This document shows positions 58,185 to 64,000 of a DNA stretch of 64,000 nucleotides, piece by piece; within the stretch, counting starts at the first letter, position 1; the number at the start of each line of letters is the position of its first letter. The notes beneath the pieces are model-generated. The model ran no database searches. It was not told the origin of the DNA and saw nothing but the letters and a program-made list of their open reading frames with translations. Location of the stretch: NCBI GenBank assembly GCA_965223845.1, contig CBDCXR010000004.1:3744001-3808000 (forward strand). The letters run 5' to 3'. Origin of the DNA: Planctomycetota bacterium. GTDB lineage: Bacteria > Planctomycetota > UBA8108 > SXIK01. Position numbers and translations under genes: made by a program.

Positions 58185-59330
58185 TCAAGAAAGTCGACGT
58201 CGATAGTCGTCGTAGTCGAATTCTCGGACGACGCGGAGACGATCGGTCTCGGGATCGAAGAGCGCGATCGAGGGGAGCCGAACGCCATTGAACGTCGTCG
58301 TCTTCACCATCGTGTAGTGGATCATGTCCTCGAAGACGACCCGATCTCCCACCCCGAGCGGCTCGTCGAACGAATAGTCGCCGATCACGTCTCCCGCGAG
58401 ACAAGTCAGTCCGCCGAGACGATACGAGTACGGTTTCTCGCCCGGGCGTCCCGCGCCGCGAACCTCCGGTCGGTAGGGCATCTCGAGCACGTCCGGCATG
58501 TGCGCCGTCGCAGAAGTATCGAGAATCGCGATGTCGATGACGTTTCGAACGACGTCGAGAACCGACGCGACGAGAACGCCGGTCTCCCACCCGATGGCCT
58601 CCCCCGGCTCGAGGTAGACGTCGACTCCGTACCGCTCGCGAAAGCGGGAGATCAGTGCGCAGAGTCGCTCGACGTCGTACCCCGCGCGGGTAATGTGGTG
58701 ACCGCCGCCGAAGTTCACCCACTCGACCCGCTCGAGCGCCGGGCCGAACCCTTCCTCGACTGCGACCAGAGCGCGCTCGAGAACGTCGGCGCCCTGACCG
58801 CAAAGCGCGTGGAAGTGGAGTCCCCGAATCGGCCCGAGAGCGTCCGCCGAGAAGTCGAACTCGCGGCGCGGAATTCCGAGCCGCGACTGCGGCGCGCACG
58901 GATCGTAGAGCGCGACCTCGACCTCGGAGTGCTCGGGATTGACGCGGAGGCCGGGAGACACGCGACCATCGGTCGCCTCTACGGCCCCGCGAAACCGCCG
59001 CCACTGCGCGAACGAGTTGAAGCTCACGTGATCGGCGATCTCGAGGATCGCCGGAAACTCCGCGTCCGAGTAGGCCGGGGCGTAGACGTGGAGCTCACCG
59101 CCGAACTCCTCGGCCCCGAGGCGCGCCTCGTGGAGGCTGCTCGCCGCCGTGCCCGCGAGATAGCGCGCGCAGAGCGGAGCCGCGGCGTGGAGCGCGAATC
59201 CCTTGAGCGCGAGAAGCACTCGCGCTCCGCTGGACTCGCTGACTCCGCGCAAGACGCGTAGGTTTCGCTCGAGGCGCTTCTCGTTGCAGACGAAGCAGGG
59301 CGAGGGCGCCCGAGCGGGATCGAAGGTCAA
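58185..59330 (-). CDS. nspC: Carboxynorspermidine decarboxylase
   Basis: PSPCFV, LALKGF, ASSLHEA, HVYAPAY, GLRVNP, LYDPC, GLHFH.LC, NFGGGHHIT, EPGEA, HMPDVLEMPY, CLAGD, HYTMVK..FNG. TTG start overlaps the upstream TGA. Confidence 0.96.
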   Translation of the reverse strand: MTFDPARAPSPCFVCNEKRLERNLRVLRGVSESSGARVLLALKGFALHAAAPLCARYLAGTAASSLHEARLGAEEFGGELHVYAPAYSDAEFPAILEIADHVSFNSFAQWRRFRGAVEATDGRVSPGLRVNPEHSEVEVALYDPCAPQSRLGIPRREFDFSADALGPIRGLHFHALCGQGADVLERALVAVEEGFGPALERVEWVNFGGGHHITRAGYDVERLCALISRFRERYGVDVYLEPGEAIGWETGVLVASVLDVVRNVIDIAILDTSATAHMPDVLEMPYRPEVRGAGRPGEKPYSYRLGGLTCLAGDVIGDYSFDEPLGVGDRVVFEDMIHYTMVKTTTFNGVRLPSIALFDPETDRLRVVREFDYDDYRRRLS

Positions 59331-60502
59331 AGATCTCGCTCCACCCAGGGGAGCCCGTACGTCGGGAGAAGCTCCATGAACGGAGACGGGTCGAGTTGCT
59401 CGACATTGAACACGCCCTCGCCGCGCCAGATTCCGCGGAGCAGAAGCTGGGCCCCGATCATCGCCGGCACTCCCGTCGTGTACGAAACCGCCTGCGCGCC
59501 GACCTCGCGGTAGCACTCCGCGTGGTCGCACACGTTGTAGATGTACATCTTCCGCGGACGCCCGCCCGAATCTCCCTCGACGATGCACCCGATGCACGTC
59601 TTCCCGGCGTAAGTCTCACCCAGACGCCCCGGATCGGGGAGGACGGCCTTCAGAAACTGCAGCGGAACGATCGAGTGGCCCTCGTACTCGACTGGGTCGA
59701 TGCGCGTCATGCCGACGTTCTGAAGGACGCGAAGATGCGTGAGGTACTCGTCGCCGAACGTCATCCAAAAGCGGATGCGTTCGACCCCCGGAATGAACTT
59801 CGCGAGCGACTCCAGCTCCTCGTGGTAGAGGAGATACATCCGCCGCGGTCCGATCTCCGGAAAGTCGAACGTCTCTGAGACGGACAGCGGCTCCGTCTCG
59901 ACCCAGGCGCCGTTCTCGTAGTACTTCCCTCGCTGCGTGATCTCCCGGACGTTGATCTCCGGATTGAAATTCGTCGCGAACGGGTGGCCGTGGTCGCCGC
60001 CGTTGCAGTCGAGGATATCGATGGTTCGAATGGAGTCGAAGCGCTCCTTCGCGAGGTGAGCACAGAAGATGCTCGTCACGCCGGGATCGAATCCGCAGCC
60101 GAGGAGCGCCATGATGCCGCGCTCGCGAAAGCGATCGTGATACTCCCATTGCCAGCGATAGCAGAACTTCGCCTCGTCCGGCGGCTCGTAGTTCGCCGTG
60201 TCGAGGTAGTGGACGCCAGTCGCGAGGCACGCGTCCATGATCGCGAGATCTTGATAGGGAAGTGCGACGTTGACGACGAGGTCGGGACCGAAGTCTTCGA
60301 TCAGGCTCACGGTCTCGTCGACGTGATCCGCGTTCACCTGGGCCGTACGGATCGGGCGGTCGATCGCCGCTGCGATGCGATCACACTTCTCGAGCGTACG
60401 GCTCGCGAGACAGATCTCCTCGAACACCTCCGGCACCGCCGCGCACTTCCGCGCGACGACGTTTCCCACTCCGCCCGCCCCGATGATGAGTACTCTCGGC
60501 AT
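59327..60502 (-). CDS. Carboxy(nor)spermidine dehydrogenase (saccharopine dehydrogenase family)
   Basis: IIGAGGVG, NVALPYQDL, YLDTANYE, GFDPGVT, DCNGGDHG.PFATNFNPEIN, QAVSYTTGVPA; directly upstream of nspC. Confidence 0.95.
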   Translation of the reverse strand: MPRVLIIGAGGVGNVVARKCAAVPEVFEEICLASRTLEKCDRIAAAIDRPIRTAQVNADHVDETVSLIEDFGPDLVVNVALPYQDLAIMDACLATGVHYLDTANYEPPDEAKFCYRWQWEYHDRFRERGIMALLGCGFDPGVTSIFCAHLAKERFDSIRTIDILDCNGGDHGHPFATNFNPEINVREITQRGKYYENGAWVETEPLSVSETFDFPEIGPRRMYLLYHEELESLAKFIPGVERIRFWMTFGDEYLTHLRVLQNVGMTRIDPVEYEGHSIVPLQFLKAVLPDPGRLGETYAGKTCIGCIVEGDSGGRPRKMYIYNVCDHAECYREVGAQAVSYTTGVPAMIGAQLLLRGIWRGEGVFNVEQLDPSPFMELLPTYGLPWVERDL

Positions 60503-60642
60503 CCCGACCTCCGGCACGGACCTCGCCGCGCCGAACGGATCGCGGGCGACAGCTCGGAGCCAGGATGTACCCGATGGACCGGGGCGGGAACAGAGCTAAT
60601 TCACCGCGCGAAAACGCCTTCGCGGGCGTGTCGACGTCGGGG

Positions 60643-61833
60643 TCAACAAGAGCCGTAGACACACTCCGTGTGCTCGTCGTCGACGGTCGGGTCCGGGCCG
60701 CAAGTCTCGAGACCCGGCGGAGCCGGAGGCGCCTCACCCTGAAAGAGGCTCCCGAGAAGATGGAGCGGGTCGTTCAGATTGATCCCGCCGTCGTCGTTCA
60801 CATCGGAGGCATCGGGACAGGGGGATGGATCCGCGCTCTTGAAGAGGTGGTTCAGGAGAGAAATCGCATCCGAAATATTGACCGATCCGTCGGTGTCGAA
60901 GTCGCCGCGGCGAAAGTCGACGGCCGGTGCGTCGCCGATGATCGCCGTACAGGTGAGGCTACCGTCCTCGCCGCAAGCGATGTCGCAGACGGACGCGACG
61001 AGCGTGTAGACATTCTCTCCGGCAACCGGCTCGGAATCGGTGTACCCCGTCGACGTGACGCGCGGTTGGTTCTCGAGCGGCACTCCGTTTCGCGAGAGCT
61101 CGATGCTCGTGTACGCGGTCCCCGCCGGACGCGTCCAGCGAACGCGAACCGAGCCGTTGTCGCGGACTTCGCAGGTGATCTCGGTCGGGCAGGGATCCGC
61201 ATCGTCGACGAAAAGCTCCGGCTCGAGAACGAAATCCGAGCTGTCGAGCGACGTATTGTGTCCCTGAATCGCGATGACGTTTTCGCCCGCTTGAAGCGAA
61301 GCGATCGCCTCGCAGTTGCTGATCACTATGCTCTGAAACTGATTCTCGCTCGCCCGATTCGTCGCCGTGGCGTCGAACGGAACTGGATCGCCGGGGTTCC
61401 CCGGGAGACCGACGCGCGCGGCCTCGATTCCGTTGATGTACGCCACGAAGCCGTCGTCGTAGCGAATGAAGAGCCTCAGCTTCGAGACCGCACTCGGATC
61501 GTCGATAGTAAAGATGCTGCGGATGTAGAGGCTCCAGAACCCGGTGTTGCCTCCACCGCCCTGCATCCCGTCGATCATGGTGTTGATCCAGGCCTCGCCG
61601 TACCCGAGCGCACTCGGACCGAGATCCCAGCGCCGATCGTCGTACTCGGCGGTGAACCAATCGGGATCGGGCTCTTCCACGCCGGGAAAGTACGTCCAGA
61701 GGTCACCGGATTGGATCAGCTGGACTTCTTCCGTCTTCGCCGGGGCCGCGAACACGAACGCGACGACGAACGGGACCGCAGACCGAGCGAAGCGCTTCGC
61801 TCCCACAAGCCTCTTCGGATGAACAGCGCGCAT
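60643..61833 (-). CDS. Exported protein with a beta-sandwich module, an FN3-like segment and a C-terminal dockerin-like domain
   Basis: W..YDDRRW..GPSALGYG, YDDGFVAYING, GENVIAIQGHN; RRGDFDTDGSVNISDAI..DVNDDGGINLNDP..CGPDPT. Confidence 0.85.
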   Translation of the reverse strand: MRAVHPKRLVGAKRFARSAVPFVVAFVFAAPAKTEEVQLIQSGDLWTYFPGVEEPDPDWFTAEYDDRRWDLGPSALGYGEAWINTMIDGMQGGGGNTGFWSLYIRSIFTIDDPSAVSKLRLFIRYDDGFVAYINGIEAARVGLPGNPGDPVPFDATATNRASENQFQSIVISNCEAIASLQAGENVIAIQGHNTSLDSSDFVLEPELFVDDADPCPTEITCEVRDNGSVRVRWTRPAGTAYTSIELSRNGVPLENQPRVTSTGYTDSEPVAGENVYTLVASVCDIACGEDGSLTCTAIIGDAPAVDFRRGDFDTDGSVNISDAISLLNHLFKSADPSPCPDASDVNDDGGINLNDPLHLLGSLFQGEAPPAPPGLETCGPDPTVDDEHTECVYGSC

Positions 61834-62168
61834 CACACCCTCCCTCACGAACGTTCGCGACGCATCGGCCGCCGGATCGTAGCGAATCGAATCTCAAACC
61901 GGACGGCTTTGCGAGACCACAGTCGCGCCGCTCAGCGAGCGGCTCCGACCGAGCGGCGCCTCCGAGACCCCTGGAGATCCGCCGCAGGCAAGCGTCCGAG
62001 CGCCTTCCATTTAATGAGCGCTCGCCTCCCCTGTAAAGAACGGCGACGTGTCGACGCCGACTTCACTTGCCGCTCGGCGACGAATCGGTCAACATTCCCA
62101 GCCCGCGGGCGAGAGCCATCTACGATGAGGAGCCCGCCGCGAGTCCACTACCGCAAGGCGAACACCGC

Positions 62169-63473
62169 GTGAGCTCGACGCACAACACCTTCGTGGGATT
62201 CGGCTTCGGTGCAATTCAGGCCGGGCTCTTCGCGCTCGAGGCCCAGCGCTCCGGACGCTTCGAGCGGATCGTGCTGGTCGAGGTCATCCCGGAGCTGGTC
62301 CACGCCGTTCGAGCGGCCGAAGGACGCTTTCGCGTCAACGTCGCCCACCTCGACCGGGTCGAGGACGTCGGCGTCGGTCCCGTCGAGATCTACGATCCCG
62401 CCGACGCGAGCGATCGCAGCCGGATCGTTCGCGCGATCGGCGAGGCCGCCGAGCTCGCCACGGCCGTTCCGAGCGTCGGCGCCTACTCGACCGGCGAACC
62501 CTCGAGCATCGACCGGCTGCTCGCGGACGGACTCGCCGCGCGACACGGGTCGGATCGCTCCGCGCCGCCACTCGTCGTCTACGCCGCGGAAAACCAGCTC
62601 GAAGCCGCAGCGATCCTCCGCGGAAAAGTCGCGAGCGCACTCGCGGGGACACCGCACCGCGACGCGGTTCTCTCCGGCGCCTGCTTTCTCGATACGGTGA
62701 TCGGGAAAATGAGCGCGGTCGTGAGTGATCCTCGCCGTATCGCGGCGGAAACGCTCGCTCCGATCGCTCCAGGGATCGACCGCGCGTTCCTCGTCGAAGC
62801 GTTTCGCCACATTCTCGTCTCGCGGGTAGAGCGCGCCGACGGAACGCGCATCGATCGCTGCCTCGACATCTTCGAGGAGAAGGTCGACCTCACGCCTTTC
62901 GAGGAAGCGAAGCTCTTCGGTCACAACGCGACGCACGCGCTCGCCGGCTACCTTGCGGCGGCGCTCGGAATCGGTCGGATGGCGGAAATCGCAAGCGTTC
63001 CGGGGGCAATCGAGTTTCTTCGCGACGCGTTCACCACGGAGTCTTGGCCCGCGCTCGCAGCTCGTTGGGCGGACGTCGATCCGCTCTTCACCACGTCCGG
63101 CTACGCGCGCTACGGCGACGAGCTCATCGACCGGATGCTCAATCCGTTCCTCGGCGATCCGGTCGCCCGCATCACCCGCGATCCCGAGCGCAAGCTCGGC
63201 TGGGATGATCGACTCGTCGGCGTGGTGCGACGGGCGCGCGCAGCCGGGGTGCCCGCACGGCGCTACGCGCTCGGGACGGTCGCGGCTCTCGATGCGAATT
63301 CCCCGGCGCTCCTCTCGAGCTGGTCCGAAGCCGAGACGTTCCTCCGAAACCTCTGGCCCGCGAGCGCGCCCGCCGGCGAAGTCGAGGCGATCCTCGATCT
63401 CGTTCGCGACGCAACGGGGGCGTTTCTCCGGTGGCGGAGCTCGGCGAGCCGAACATTTCCCTCGGTCGAGTAG
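62169..63473 (+). CDS. Mannitol-1-phosphate/altronate dehydrogenase-like protein
   Basis: GFGFGAIQAG, ATAVPS, YAAEN, DTVIGKMS, FEEAKLFGHNATH, RDPERKLGWDDRL. Confidence 0.85.
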   Translation: MSSTHNTFVGFGFGAIQAGLFALEAQRSGRFERIVLVEVIPELVHAVRAAEGRFRVNVAHLDRVEDVGVGPVEIYDPADASDRSRIVRAIGEAAELATAVPSVGAYSTGEPSSIDRLLADGLAARHGSDRSAPPLVVYAAENQLEAAAILRGKVASALAGTPHRDAVLSGACFLDTVIGKMSAVVSDPRRIAAETLAPIAPGIDRAFLVEAFRHILVSRVERADGTRIDRCLDIFEEKVDLTPFEEAKLFGHNATHALAGYLAAALGIGRMAEIASVPGAIEFLRDAFTTESWPALAARWADVDPLFTTSGYARYGDELIDRMLNPFLGDPVARITRDPERKLGWDDRLVGVVRRARAAGVPARRYALGTVAALDANSPALLSSWSEAETFLRNLWPASAPAGEVEAILDLVRDATGAFLRWRSSASRTFPSVE

Positions 63474-63691
63474 CGGGACCGCGCCGCCCGTCCGGTGAGC
63501 GGGGCCACGCGGCGGTCTCCCACCGTCCCGCTCGACGCCGCCGGCGCCCGGGCTCGATCGCGAGCGAAGGGCTGCCACGGAACGGTGAATTTGAGAGAAT
63601 GGCCGGCCGGCTCCGCGCGCGACGCGGGTGGACGCAGCGGACGGACGAGCAACGACACCGAACGACCGAGAGGAATCCCCAGAAGTCTACG

Positions 63692-64000
63692 ATGGCACAC
63701 GCAATCCAGATGCCCCGAGCGGGACAGAGCATGATCGAGGGCCGGGTCGTCGCGTGGCTCAAGAAGGAAGGCGAGGCCGTCGAGCGCGGCGAGCCTCTGC
63801 TCGAGATCGAGACCGACAAGGCGAATCTCGAAGTCGAAGCACTCGAGGCGGGCATCCTCCGCAAGGTGCTGGCGAAAGAAGGCGACGTCGTCCCCGTGCT
63901 GTCCGTGGTCGGCGTGATCGGCGCGGCGGACGAAGCGATCGACTACGATGCTCTCGTATCTGCCGCCGCCGAAGCGGCGGAGGAGTCTAAGCCGACCACC
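63692..64000 (+). CDS. Lipoyl domain of a 2-oxoacid/acetoin dehydrogenase E2 subunit, 3'-truncated
   Basis: MAHAIQMPRAGQSMIEGRVVAWLKKEGEAVERGEPLLEIETDKANLEVEA, containing the lipoyl DKA motif. Absent from the ORF track because it has no stop in the window. Confidence 0.93.
   Translation, partial: MAHAIQMPRAGQSMIEGRVVAWLKKEGEAVERGEPLLEIETDKANLEVEALEAGILRKVLAKEGDVVPVLSVVGVIGAADEAIDYDALVSAAAEAAEESKPTT

Overview
High-GC window of ordinary chromosomal DNA, very rich in CG and TCGA. It is most likely from a Planctomycetota bacterium; this is inferred from the protein families present (dockerin-like, LTD/CotH, DUF1080, PQQ-like propeller, prenyltransferase-repeat/HEAT proteins). About 48 genes are supportable. 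They include ppk1-ppk2, a SWIM-SNF2 helicase, a 1785-aa LTD-CotH kinase, a cyclophilin, a Ser/Thr kinase, sugar and Mn/Zn/Fe (Tro/Ytg-type) ABC transporters, a CCA-adding enzyme, a PLP trans-sulfuration enzyme, an NCS2 permease, an archaeal-type ThrRS editing domain, fbp, sdhCAB, the carboxy(nor)spermidine pathway and the start of a lipoyl E2 subunit. I found no tRNA, rRNA, CRISPR array, integrase or transposase, and no clear multi-gene novel system. The best leads are: (1) an unannotated 26-aa K/R-rich ORF with its own promoter and RBS, resembling small ribosomal proteins such as bS22/eL41; (2) a membrane-anchored CotH kinase with a cytoplasmic tail; (3) a free-standing archaeal ThrRS editing domain coupled to a nucleobase permease; (4) DtxR-fused metal permeases; (5) several long structured intergenic elements; (6) a possible anti-SD translational switch; (7) several apparently leaderless genes. 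All family calls come from motifs recognised by eye; no database search was run.
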